Assembly (NCBI GenBank): GCA_964291235.2
Contig: OZ219816.1
Span: forward strand, 32,001 to 96,000
From: Vicinamibacteria bacterium
Lineage (GTDB): Bacteria > Acidobacteriota > Vicinamibacteria > Marinacidobacterales > Marinacidobacteraceae
Direction of reading: 5' to 3'
DNA: 64,000 nt
Below, in pieces: positions 18,171 through 27,506 of the stretch. The notes below the pieces were generated by a model. The model made no database searches. It was not told the DNA's origin and worked only from the letters and a program-made list of their open reading frames with translations. The stretch's first letter is position 1. The number at the start of each line of letters is the position of its first letter. Both the position numbers and the translations under genes were made by a program.

Positions 18171-19652
18171 GTGATCTACGTCGTCACGGTTCTCGGGTAC
18201 CTCGGCCTGTTGGTGTTCATCGCCCTCCGCCGAGCCCGGAACGTCTCCACCCAGGACGACTTCATGGTCGCGGGCCGCTCGGTTCCCTGGCAGGTTCTGG
18301 TGGGAACCCTCATCTGTACCTGGATCGGGTCCGGAAGCCTCTTCGGCGGTGCCGGCCGGGCCTTCCGGGAAGGATTCTCCGCGCTGTGGATGAGCGCGGG
18401 CGCCTGGGTCGGGATCGTGGTGGTCTTCTTTCTCGCGGCGCGGGTTCGGCGGATCGCCGAATACACGGTTCCCGACCTGCTGGAGCGCCGCTACCACCCC
18501 GCGGCCCGTCTCCTCGGAACCACCGCGATCGCGATTGCCTATCTCACCATCGCGGGATACCAGTTCGTGGGCGGCGGACGCCTGCTCGCCATTCTCTTTC
18601 CCGGCCTGGATCCGGATGCCGGGATGGCCATCGTCGCGGTGCTGGTGACCGTCTTCGCGGTGAGCGCCGGCATGCTCTCCGTGATCAGCCTCGACGTGGT
18701 GAACGGCGTCATCATCATCGTCAGCATCCTGATCGCGGCGCCGCTCGCCTTCGCTGGCGCCGGGGGCGTGGAGGGCTTGACCAGCGTCCTTCCCGAGACC
18801 CACTTCACGCTGACCGGCCGGCTTGGTCTTTCGGCCGCCATCGGCCTCTTCCTACCCACCATGCTCCTCCTGCTCGGGGAGAGCGGTATGTACCAGAAGT
18901 TCTACGCGGCCCGATCGGGGGCCGCCGCCAGGAAGGCGGTGATCGGGATGATCGTGGGCGTCATCCTGATCGAGGTCCTGATCGACGCCACTGCGGTCTT
19001 CGCGGCCGCCGGCTACTGGGCCGATCCCGCCTTTCGGACGGCCGGAGGGTTCGACGCCCGAGCCACCGAGACGGTGATCCTCGAGTTTGCGCGGCACCGG
19101 CTTCCCGTATTCGCCGGCTGCCTCTTGCTGGCGGGTGCGGTAGCCATCATTTTCTCGACGGCGACGACGTTCCTCCTTGTGCCCTCCACCGGGATGGCGC
19201 GGGACATCTACCAGCGCTTCGTACGGCCGGACGCGGATTCGCGGGCCGTGATCCGGTTCCAGCGCTTCGCCATGGTGGGTCTTTCCGGGCTCGCGCTCGT
19301 CATCACCACCCGCTTCGAGAGCATCCTCGACATGGCGCTCTACGCCTACACGATGGTGGGGGCCGCGGTGACCCCCGCCCTGCTCGCCGCGTTCCTTTGG
19401 CGGCGCGCCAGCCCCATCGGCGGGGTGATTTCTATCTCGGCCGGGATCGTGACGACCCTCATCTTCGGAGTGCTGAACTCGGCAGGGATCGAGCGCGTAC
19501 TGTTCCTTCCCACCGATTACGACTACGTGATCTATCCCGCCGCGGCGGCCTCCATCTCCGGACTGATCGTCGGCAGCCTGCTGACGGCGCCCCCACGGCC
19601 GGAACAGGTAGAGGCGTTTCTTGGAAATGGAGATTCCGATGCCGGAAGCTGA
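18171..19652 (+). CDS. Sodium:solute symporter (SSS family)
   Basis: DFMVAGR, TWIGSGS, TVPDLLERRY and about 13 hydrophobic segments. Confidence 0.88.
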   Translation: MIYVVTVLGYLGLLVFIALRRARNVSTQDDFMVAGRSVPWQVLVGTLICTWIGSGSLFGGAGRAFREGFSALWMSAGAWVGIVVVFFLAARVRRIAEYTVPDLLERRYHPAARLLGTTAIAIAYLTIAGYQFVGGGRLLAILFPGLDPDAGMAIVAVLVTVFAVSAGMLSVISLDVVNGVIIIVSILIAAPLAFAGAGGVEGLTSVLPETHFTLTGRLGLSAAIGLFLPTMLLLLGESGMYQKFYAARSGAAARKAVIGMIVGVILIEVLIDATAVFAAAGYWADPAFRTAGGFDARATETVILEFARHRLPVFAGCLLLAGAVAIIFSTATTFLLVPSTGMARDIYQRFVRPDADSRAVIRFQRFAMVGLSGLALVITTRFESILDMALYAYTMVGAAVTPALLAAFLWRRASPIGGVISISAGIVTTLIFGVLNSAGIERVLFLPTDYDYVIYPAAAASISGLIVGSLLTAPPRPEQVEAFLGNGDSDAGS

Positions 19653-20424
19653 GGTCGCAATCCTCGAACGCGGACCCGCCGTCCGGGTCGAAATGCGCTG
19701 GCCGGAAAAGCGGAACGCGCTGTCCGTCGCGATGATGGACCGGCTGGCGGCGACCGTGCGGGCGGCGGCCGCCCGGGAAGGCGCCCGCGCCATCGTGTTG
19801 GCGGGCGCCGGCCCTGCCTTCTCCGCCGGCCACTACCTGCCGGAAATGGTGGGGGCGCGCCCCGAGGAGCAGCGCCGCGTGTTCGCAGCCTGCCTCGGTC
19901 TGATGGAGACGCTTCACGAGCTTCCGCTGCCAGTGATCGCCGAGGTGCGTGGCATCGCCACGGCCGCCGGATGTCAGTTGGTCGCCGCCTGCGATTTGGC
20001 GGTAGCCGCCGAGACCGCGCGTTTCGCCACCCCGGGGGTCCGCATCGGGTTGTTCTGTTCGACGCCCATGGTTCCGGTGAGCCGCGCCGTCGGCGGGAAG
20101 CGCGCCATGGAGATGCTGCTTACCGGAGACTTCATCGACGCCCGCACCGCACTGGAATGGGGGCTCCTGAACCGGGTCGTTCCCGAGGAAGGACTCGAGG
20201 CGGAGTGCCAGGCGTTCGCGGAACGGATCGCCGAGGCGAGCCCCTTCGTGGTCGCGCTCGGGAAACGCGCCTTCCACAGCCAGGCCGGGCTCAGCGTCGA
20301 GGACGCCTACGCCCGAATGTCCGAAGTGATGTGCCAAAACGCCGTCGAACCCGACGCTCAGGAGGGGATGCGCGCCTTCCTCGAGAAACGGCGGCCAAGC
20401 TGGACCCAGAGCGCCGGAACCTGA
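19639..20424 (+). CDS. Enoyl-CoA hydratase/isomerase family protein
   Basis: RNALS, FSAGH, ATAAGCQLVAACD, FATPGVRIGLFCSTP, EGMRAFLEKR. Confidence 0.9.
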   Translation: MPEAEVAILERGPAVRVEMRWPEKRNALSVAMMDRLAATVRAAAAREGARAIVLAGAGPAFSAGHYLPEMVGARPEEQRRVFAACLGLMETLHELPLPVIAEVRGIATAAGCQLVAACDLAVAAETARFATPGVRIGLFCSTPMVPVSRAVGGKRAMEMLLTGDFIDARTALEWGLLNRVVPEEGLEAECQAFAERIAEASPFVVALGKRAFHSQAGLSVEDAYARMSEVMCQNAVEPDAQEGMRAFLEKRRPSWTQSAGT

Positions 20425-20439
20425 AGTTCCGGACGATTC

Positions 20440-20497
20440 GCGCTATCGGCGGGGCCGCAGCCGGTAGGGCGCTATCGGCGGGGCCGCAGCCGGTAGG
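20440..20497. repeat. 29-bp perfect tandem duplication at the GNAT 3' end
   Basis: GCGCTATCGGCGGGGCCGCAGCCGGTAGG x2 (20440-68 and 20469-97). Confidence 0.85.
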
Positions 20498-21302
20498 CGG
20501 CGTCCGGTCCGTCCCGACAAAAGCGCACCACCTCATATCCCCGCCGGAAGAGCTCGGTGAGAGCCTCCCGGCTTCGCAGCCTCCAGTCCAGGGCAAGACC
20601 GGTGTCCCGCCGAAGGAGGTCGTTGAAGTCCGGCGGGATCAGAAAGAGCACATCGCCGCCTCCCGCGTCTTCCGGCGGAATGGTGATTTCGCCGCTCTCC
20701 GGCAAACCACTCGCGCGGAAGGAAATCCGGTTGGCGCGGAACAGGTCAGGTATTCCGGGCGACGGAATGAGTTCTCCCCGTCGAGCCCGCGCCACCCGTT
20801 CGGACGCGAGTTGCCAGTCGGGTTCGAGCCGGTCCGTCGGAATCCCGCCGTGCAGAGGGCTGTTGCTTTCTCCGTACACGTTCAGCCGGTACACCGACGA
20901 CACGCAGCCGAGATGGTTGATGTTCAGATGGGCGTTGCGCGCCTGGAGCGGATCAAACGTCCAGTTCACCCGCCGGATCCCCTGGGCCAGAACCCGGTCG
21001 GCCTGCGCCCACTTGAGCGCGAGGCCTATCCCGGCTCCCTGGAACTCCGGCCGCACCGCGAGCATGTGGGAGTGATGGAACGACTCCCCGCCCCCAACCC
21101 CGGGAAAGCCACACACGAAGCCGGCCATCCGTTCGCCGACGAAGGCGCCGGCGGAAACCGCGCCGTAGTGGCCCATCACCGCGAGCAGTCCCGCCGGGAC
21201 AACATCCAGTTCGATGAATCCCCAGACTTCCTTCTGGATTTCCTCGCACTCCTTCATGTCGGCCATGCCGGCGAGGTCGCGGATCGAGAAGCTGACGGCC
21301 AT
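20472..21302 (-). CDS. GNAT acyltransferase (D-amino-acid N-succinyltransferase-like family)
   Basis: HSHMLAV, GIGLALKWAQ, WTFDPLQARNAHLN, PTDRL are signatures of the GNAT family usually linked to NSAR/OSBS. Confidence 0.8.
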   Translation of the reverse strand: MAVSFSIRDLAGMADMKECEEIQKEVWGFIELDVVPAGLLAVMGHYGAVSAGAFVGERMAGFVCGFPGVGGGESFHHSHMLAVRPEFQGAGIGLALKWAQADRVLAQGIRRVNWTFDPLQARNAHLNINHLGCVSSVYRLNVYGESNSPLHGGIPTDRLEPDWQLASERVARARRGELIPSPGIPDLFRANRISFRASGLPESGEITIPPEDAGGGDVLFLIPPDFNDLLRRDTGLALDWRLRSREALTELFRRGYEVVRFCRDGPDAAYRLRPRR

Positions 21303-21423
21303 TTCGGGAGATAACGGGCGAGAAGTGTAAGGAAGATGTCCTCCGAACGGTTGCTTCGAGGCCTGCCGGCGGCGGCATCAGTCTGCGGGAGGGATCGTCC
21401 CCCACACTAGAATCCGTGTTCGC

Positions 21424-21951
21424 TTGACTCACCTCCTTCGAGGGCGCCGTCCCCTGTTGTTCGCCCTCTTCTTTGGGGTTCTGATTGCCGACCGGATCAC
21501 CAAGGTCCTCGCGGAGCGCTCCCTGTCCATGGGCAGCCCGGTGGAAGTGATTCCGGGATTCTTCCAACTCACACTGGTCCACAACACCGGGATGGCGTTC
21601 GGCCTGCTCGGCGGGACTGCCATTCCGGGGAAAGCCTGGCTGCTCACGGCCGTCTCGGTCGGATTGCTGGTCGCGATCGTGTGGTTCGCATGGCGAGCCG
21701 GCCCCCTGTCGGCGATGACCATCGCCGGACTCGCCGCCATGCTGTCGGGCGCCATCGGGAACATCATCGACCGGCTCCTCTATGGATACGTGGTGGACTT
21801 TGTCGACATCTACGTCGGCACCGCCCACTGGCCCGCCTTCAACATCGCGGACGCGACGATCTGCACCGGGGTCGGCCTGCTGATGCTGGAGAGCGTGCGT
21901 GATCTCCGCCGAGAGTCCCGCGCCGGCCAGGAAAACCCGACCGGGACTTAG
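21424..21951 (+). CDS. lspA: Lipoprotein signal peptidase II
   Basis: DRITK, NTGMAFG, GAIGNIIDR, VVDF, FNIAD. Confidence 0.95.
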   Translation: MTHLLRGRRPLLFALFFGVLIADRITKVLAERSLSMGSPVEVIPGFFQLTLVHNTGMAFGLLGGTAIPGKAWLLTAVSVGLLVAIVWFAWRAGPLSAMTIAGLAAMLSGAIGNIIDRLLYGYVVDFVDIYVGTAHWPAFNIADATICTGVGLLMLESVRDLRRESRAGQENPTGT

Positions 21952-21954
21952 TAC

Positions 21955-22746
21955 ATGTTTCCGCGCCTCGCGGACTTCGGGTCCATTGAGTTCCTGGGGC
22001 GGAGCTTTCATCCCATCCTCCACACCTACGGCATCCTCATGGTTGCCGGTTTCTTTCTCGGCCTCTACGTCGCGGCGAGACGGGCGCCGCGCTACGGCAT
22101 CCAGCCGCAGCACATCTACGACCTCGGCCTCTACCTGGTAGTCGGGGCGCTGGTCGGCGCCAAGGTGCTCCTGATCCTGCTGGATCCAGCCCGGTTTCTG
22201 GCCAACCCGTGGGGTTTCGTCACGGCGGGGGGTGTCTTCTTCGGCGGACTCCTGGGCGCGGTCGGGGCCAGCATCTGGTTCTTCAAGAAACGCGGGATTC
22301 CCGTCTGGCACGGCGGAGACCTGATGGCGCCCTCGATCGCCCTGGGGCACGGCATCGGCAGGTTGGGATGCTTCGCCGCGGGCTGCTGTTACGGGATTCC
22401 GGCCGACGGCCTGCCCTCCGTCACCTTCACCGACGTGTACGCGAACTCGGTCACCGGGGTTCCGCTCCACACCCCCCTCCACCCGACGCAGCTCTATGAA
22501 GCGGGCTTCGAATTCGCTCTCTTTCTCTTCCTGTTGTGGCTCGCCCCCCGGCGCCGGTTCGCGGGCCAGCTCTTCCTTACCTGGGCGATCCTCTACCCGG
22601 TCGCCCGCTTCATCATCGAGTTCTACCGGGGCGACCCGCGCGGCTTCATTCTGGACGGACTCTTCTCGACCTCCCAGTTCGTCGGTATCTGGATCGTCGC
22701 GGCAGCGGTAGTCTCTTTGCTTGTCCTCCGCAGACGTCCTGCCTGA
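21955..22746 (+). CDS. lgt: Prolipoprotein diacylglyceryl transferase
   Basis: TYG, GGVFFGG, GRLGCFAAGCCYG, HPTQLYE, RFIIEFYR. Confidence 0.94.
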   Translation: MFPRLADFGSIEFLGRSFHPILHTYGILMVAGFFLGLYVAARRAPRYGIQPQHIYDLGLYLVVGALVGAKVLLILLDPARFLANPWGFVTAGGVFFGGLLGAVGASIWFFKKRGIPVWHGGDLMAPSIALGHGIGRLGCFAAGCCYGIPADGLPSVTFTDVYANSVTGVPLHTPLHPTQLYEAGFEFALFLFLLWLAPRRRFAGQLFLTWAILYPVARFIIEFYRGDPRGFILDGLFSTSQFVGIWIVAAAVVSLLVLRRRPA

Positions 22747-23743
22747 GTCGCCGAAACCTTCCGGCGAAACGACGCTCGAGTTCGAGGTTGGCGCCGCCGG
22801 TGACGGCAAGCGGCTCGACCTGATCGCCTCGGAGGCGCTGCCGGATATCAGCCGCAGCGAGGCGGCGCGCTGGGTGGCTGCGGGACTCGTCCTGCTGGAC
22901 GGCGAACCCCGGCGCCCAAGCCATCGCTGCCGCACCGGCCAGCGGGTGCGGATCGCGGCCCCCGGTGACGGCCGCAGCCCTCTCTTCGGCGCTCCCCACG
23001 AGAACGATCCCGTGTCCCCCGAACCCCTCGCGCTCGATGTCCTGCACGAGGATTCCTCGCTGGTTGTCATCAACAAACCGGCGGGGCTGGTAGTGCACCC
23101 GGGGCCCGGCCACCGGGAGGGAACTCTCGTGAACGGCTTGATCCACCGATACCCGGAAATCGCTGCCGTCGGCCCACCGGGCCGTCCGGGACTCGTACAT
23201 CGCCTCGACCGGGGAACGAGCGGCGTGCTGCTTGCCGCGAGAACGGAGCCGGCGCGGTTACGTCTCGCCGAGGCCTTCGCCGAGCGGCAGATCGAGAAGC
23301 AGTATCTGGCGCTGGTGATGGGGCGGTTCCGCGAACACCGGCGGATCGCCGAGCCCATTGGGCGCGATCCGAAGTACGGGCAACGCTACCGCTGCCGCGG
23401 GCGGTACGCCCGGGAGGCGGAGAGCGAGGCCTGGCCCGTCGAGGAACTCCCGCTCTCCACCCTCGTCGGTATTCGCCTCCACACCGGGAGAACCCACCAG
23501 GCCCGCGTCCATCTGGCTCACCTCGGCTATCCCATCGCCGGGGACGTGATGTACGGCCCCGCCGCTCCGCGCCGCGGTGGCGGCCAGGCGGGCGCGGCGC
23601 TCCGGCGCCTCGACCGCCCCGCGCTCCACGCCGCCGAGATCGGCTTCACCCATCCGCGCACCGGGGAGCCCGTCCGGTTCTCGGCGCCGCTTCCCGAGGA
23701 TCTGGAGAGGACGCTCACCACCCTGCGGTCGGCAACGGGGTAA
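22721..23743 (+). CDS. rluD: RluA-family pseudouridine synthase with S4 domain
   Basis: NKPAGLVVHP, VHRLDRGTSG, TGRTHQ, LHA. Confidence 0.9.
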   Translation: MSSADVLPESPKPSGETTLEFEVGAAGDGKRLDLIASEALPDISRSEAARWVAAGLVLLDGEPRRPSHRCRTGQRVRIAAPGDGRSPLFGAPHENDPVSPEPLALDVLHEDSSLVVINKPAGLVVHPGPGHREGTLVNGLIHRYPEIAAVGPPGRPGLVHRLDRGTSGVLLAARTEPARLRLAEAFAERQIEKQYLALVMGRFREHRRIAEPIGRDPKYGQRYRCRGRYAREAESEAWPVEELPLSTLVGIRLHTGRTHQARVHLAHLGYPIAGDVMYGPAAPRRGGGQAGAALRRLDRPALHAAEIGFTHPRTGEPVRFSAPLPEDLERTLTTLRSATG

Positions 23744-23821
23744 CTGCCGAAACGGCATCGCGGCGGCATCCCTCCCCCGCTCGCCTCCCGTCGCATAGGA
23801 TTCGCGCGGTCAGCTGCACGC

Positions 23822-24355
23822 ATGGACACGGTTCTCGGAAGCCAGGAATTCCGGGAGGCGCTTTCCCGGCTCGGAGACCTGGTGGCCAAGGGGGCTCCCG
23901 AGCGACTGGCGATTCTCGGGGTTCGCCGGCGAGGCGTACCGCTTGCCGCGCGGATCCGCCGCCACCTTGAGGACTCGGGACGCCGCGACATCCCGGCGGG
24001 CGAGCTGGACATCAATCTCTACCGGGACGACGTGCACGACCGCGGCATCCCGCGCATCGGGGAGACCCGCATTCCGTTCGCGCTGGAAGAGCGCCACATC
24101 CTGTTGGTGGACGATGTGCTGTTCACCGGACGGACGGTGCGGGCGGCGCTCACCGCGCTCAGCAACTTCGGCCGTCCCAGGAGCGTCCGCCTCGCCGTCA
24201 TGGTGGACCGGGGGGGCCGGGAACTGCCGATCGCAGCCGATTTCGTGGGGCTCCACGTGGCCGCCGGCCCCGGCGACATGGTCCGCGTTCGGGTGCAGGA
24301 GGAAGACGGCGAAGACGGGGTCGTCACGATCCCCCGGGGGGAGGCCGCGGAGTGA
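23822..24355 (+). CDS. pyrR: Pyrimidine regulator / uracil phosphoribosyltransferase
   Basis: LDINLYRDD, VDDVLFTGRTVRAA, DRGGRELPI. Confidence 0.94.
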   Translation: MDTVLGSQEFREALSRLGDLVAKGAPERLAILGVRRRGVPLAARIRRHLEDSGRRDIPAGELDINLYRDDVHDRGIPRIGETRIPFALEERHILLVDDVLFTGRTVRAALTALSNFGRPRSVRLAVMVDRGGRELPIAADFVGLHVAAGPGDMVRVRVQEEDGEDGVVTIPRGEAAE

Positions 24356-25296
24356 GACATCTCCTTGGCATTCGCGGCCTGACCCCGGAAGAAGCGCTCG
24401 GCATCCTGGACGAAGCGCCTCGCTACCAGGACGTGGAAAACCAGCCGGTACCGCGGGTTCCGATCCTCGTCGGCCGCACCGTGACCCACCTGTTCATGGA
24501 GCCTTCAACGCGGACCCAGGCGTCTTTCCAGCTTGCGGCGAAGCGCCTGTCGGCGGAGCCCCTGTCCTTCGTTCCCAAGTCGTCTTCGCTGACGAAGGGC
24601 GAGACCTTCCTCGACACGGCCCGCACCCTGGCCTCGATGGCCCCGGACATCGTGGTCGTCAGGAGCCGGGAGTCGGGAGCTCCGCACGTGCTGGCGCGCG
24701 AGATTCCAACGGCACAGGTCATCAACGCGGGAGACGGAATCAGCGAGCATCCCACCCAGGCGTTGCTGGACGCATTCACGATCCGCAAACATCTCGGACG
24801 CCTCGCCGGGGTGCGGGTGACGATCATCGGGGATCTGCTGCACAGCCGGGTCTTCCGTTCGAACGCCCGTCTGCTGACGATGCTCGGCGCCGAGGTGCGA
24901 TGTTGCGGTCCCCCGACGCTCGTTCCACCGGGCCTCGACCAGCTCGGGGTCCGTTCGCTGCTCCACATCGAGGAGGCCCTCGAAGGCGCCGAAGCGGTCA
25001 TGGTGCTCCGCATCCAGCACGAGCGGATGCACGCTTCCTACATCCCCACCGAACGCGAGTACTTCCGGGAGTTCGGCCTCACCGGCGGACGCCTCGCCCT
25101 GACCGATGGCGCCATCGTGCTCCATCCGGGCCCCCTCAACCGGGGCGTGGAAATCTCGTCCGAAGTGGCGGACGGGCCCCAATCGGTCATTCTCGACCAG
25201 GTGCGGAACGGCGTCGCGGTCCGGATGGCGGTGCTGGCGGAGATCGCCCGCAGCAGCCCGAGGGGTCGTCCCCGGAAAGGTACCGCCGATGGCTGA
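24352..25296 (+). CDS. pyrB: Aspartate carbamoyltransferase
   Basis: EPSTRT, KGE, NAGDG, HPTQALLD, GDLLHSRV, RIQ.ER, HPGP. Confidence 0.96.
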   Translation: MRHLLGIRGLTPEEALGILDEAPRYQDVENQPVPRVPILVGRTVTHLFMEPSTRTQASFQLAAKRLSAEPLSFVPKSSSLTKGETFLDTARTLASMAPDIVVVRSRESGAPHVLAREIPTAQVINAGDGISEHPTQALLDAFTIRKHLGRLAGVRVTIIGDLLHSRVFRSNARLLTMLGAEVRCCGPPTLVPPGLDQLGVRSLLHIEEALEGAEAVMVLRIQHERMHASYIPTEREYFREFGLTGGRLALTDGAIVLHPGPLNRGVEISSEVADGPQSVILDQVRNGVAVRMAVLAEIARSSPRGRPRKGTADG

Positions 25297-26584
25297 TCGT
25301 CCGGTGGTTCTCCGGGGGGCACGGATCGTGGACCCCGCGGCGGAACTCGATGCGGTGCAGGATCTGCGGATTGCCGCGGGGCAGATCGTCGCGGCCGGGA
25401 CGGATGTCGGACAACCGGGCGACCGGATCGTGGAAGCCGGGGGGCTCGTAGCGGCGCCCGGGTTCTGCGACATGCACGTCCATTTCCGGGAGCCGGGCCT
25501 CGAATACAAGGAGACGGTGGCGAGTGGCGCCGCCGCCGCAGTCGCCGGCGGGTTCACCGCGGTTGCCTGCATGGCAAACACCGATCCGGTCAACGACAGC
25601 CCCTCGGTGACCGCCCACATCCGCCAACTCGCCGAACAGGCAGGCCTCGCGCGCGTGCACCCGATTGCCGCCACCACGCAGGGGATGGCCGGAGAACGGA
25701 TTTCGGAGTTCGGCGCCCTCAAGGAAGCGGGCGCGGTCGCGGTTTCGGACGACGGGCTCCCCGTGGGCGATCCCGCGGTGATGCGGAAGGCTCTCCAATA
25801 CTCGAGGCTGCACGACCTGCCGGTGATTGAACACTGCGAGACCCTGGAGTTGACCGGAGAGGGGGCCATGCGCGAGGGCGCCTATGCCGCCCGGATCGGA
25901 CTCCCGGGGATTCCCGCCGCCTCGGAGTTCATCGCCGTCGAGCGGAACCTCGCTCTCGCGGAGATCACCCAGTCGCGCCTCCATATCGCTCACCTCTCGA
26001 CGGCCCGTTCGGCAGCCGCGGTGCGGCGAGCCAAGGCTGCCGGAATCCGGGTCACCGCCGAGGTGACTCCGCACCACTTGATCCTGACCGAGGAGTCGGT
26101 GGGCGACTACGACACCGCCGCCAAGATGAAACCGCCACTCGCGGCCGAGACGGACCGGGAAGCGCTGCTGGCCGCCATCGCGGACGGCACCGCAGACGCC
26201 ATCGCCACCGACCACGCCCCTCACCATGCAGACGAGAAAAAACTCTGCTTCCAGAGCGCGCCCTTCGGGATCGTGGGCCTCGAAACCGCGGTTCCGCTGG
26301 TCCTCGACCGGCTGGTGGGCGCCGGGATCATCTCCCTCGGTCATGCCGTGCGGCTGCTCTCGACCGGACCGCGCCAAATCCTCGGCCTCCCGGGAGGGAG
26401 CCTGCGACCCGGAAGCCCGGCAGACATCACCCTCCTCGACCTGGACGCCACGAGTGCCGTGGACCCCGAATCCTTCCGGAGCCGGGGACGCAGCACGCCG
26501 TTCGCGGGGCTGTCCCTGCGGGGACAGGTCGCGGCGACCTGGGTCGGCGGCCGGGAGGTCTATTCGCGGAACGCCGGCCGGTAA
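25289..26584 (+). CDS. pyrC: Dihydroorotase
   Basis: DMHVHFREPG, GGFT, EVTPHH, KMKPPL, ATDHAPH. Confidence 0.95.
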   Translation: MADRPVVLRGARIVDPAAELDAVQDLRIAAGQIVAAGTDVGQPGDRIVEAGGLVAAPGFCDMHVHFREPGLEYKETVASGAAAAVAGGFTAVACMANTDPVNDSPSVTAHIRQLAEQAGLARVHPIAATTQGMAGERISEFGALKEAGAVAVSDDGLPVGDPAVMRKALQYSRLHDLPVIEHCETLELTGEGAMREGAYAARIGLPGIPAASEFIAVERNLALAEITQSRLHIAHLSTARSAAAVRRAKAAGIRVTAEVTPHHLILTEESVGDYDTAAKMKPPLAAETDREALLAAIADGTADAIATDHAPHHADEKKLCFQSAPFGIVGLETAVPLVLDRLVGAGIISLGHAVRLLSTGPRQILGLPGGSLRPGSPADITLLDLDATSAVDPESFRSRGRSTPFAGLSLRGQVAATWVGGREVYSRNAGR

Positions 26585-27459
26585 TGCCGCCGCGCGGCTG
26601 GCAGGACGCGGTGGAACGCGTGTACCGCCGGCACGGAGTGGGAAGCCTTGATTCCGACCCACTCCAGTTCCCGCACCGTTTCCGCCGCGCCGAGGACCAG
26701 GAGGTCGCCGGGTTCCTCGCCGCCTCGCTTTCCTACGGGAACGCCCGCGCCATCTGTTCGTCGCTCGAGCGGGTCTTCCAGTGGACGGGACCTCACCCCG
26801 CCCGTTTTGTGCGCACGTTCGATTCGGACACCGAAGCCGCCCGGCTGGGCGGGTTTCGGCACCGCTGGACGAGCGCCGGAGATCTCGTTCGGCTGGCGGT
26901 CATCCTGAGGGCCATCCTGCATGAACACGGATCGGTCGAGGGCCTGTTCCGGAAGGGGATCGTGACCGGAGCCCGGGACCGCCACGATCTCGCGGCAACC
27001 ATCGGGCGTTTCCGTGTCGCAGCCCTGGAATATGACCAGCACCTGCCCGGCACGCCGGACGAGGGCTCCCGGCCCGGGCCCCGCTACTTCTTCCCGGACC
27101 CGCGTACCTCGGCGGCCAAGCGGACCGTGATGTTCCTGCGCTGGATGGTCCGGTCGGGGGACGGCCTCGACCTGGGGCTTTGGGACTGTCTTCGCCCGCG
27201 CGACCTGGTCGCGCCGCTTGACACCCACACGTTCTGGATCGCCCGCCGCCTCCGGCTGACCCGGAGGAAAACCCCGGGTTGGCAAGCAGCGGTGGACCTG
27301 ACGGAGGGGCTCCGCCGACTCGACCCCGAGGACCCCGTGAAGTACGACTTCGCCCTCAGCCGGCTGGGCATCGTGGAGGGCTGCCCCCGGCACCGGCGAA
27401 GCGATCCCTGCGAGCTGTGCGAATGCCTGGAGAGAAAGAGGCGGCGGCGCCGCCCCTAG
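26584..27459 (+). CDS. TIGR02757/DUF2400 family protein
   Basis: SDPLQFPHRF, AKR..MFLRWMVR, DLGLW, PLDTH, DPEDPVKYDFAL. Confidence 0.85.
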   Translation: MPPRGWQDAVERVYRRHGVGSLDSDPLQFPHRFRRAEDQEVAGFLAASLSYGNARAICSSLERVFQWTGPHPARFVRTFDSDTEAARLGGFRHRWTSAGDLVRLAVILRAILHEHGSVEGLFRKGIVTGARDRHDLAATIGRFRVAALEYDQHLPGTPDEGSRPGPRYFFPDPRTSAAKRTVMFLRWMVRSGDGLDLGLWDCLRPRDLVAPLDTHTFWIARRLRLTRRKTPGWQAAVDLTEGLRRLDPEDPVKYDFALSRLGIVEGCPRHRRSDPCELCECLERKRRRRRP

Positions 27460-27506
27460 GAGAAAGAGCCTTACGCTGTTCGCCCGCCTCGAGCGGTTCC
27501 CGGGTT

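Noticed and set aside
23744-23821. PyrR attenuator upstream of pyrR
   Set aside because: Only a short TGCCGAAACGGCA hairpin. No recognisable PyrR binding-loop consensus or U-tailed terminator.
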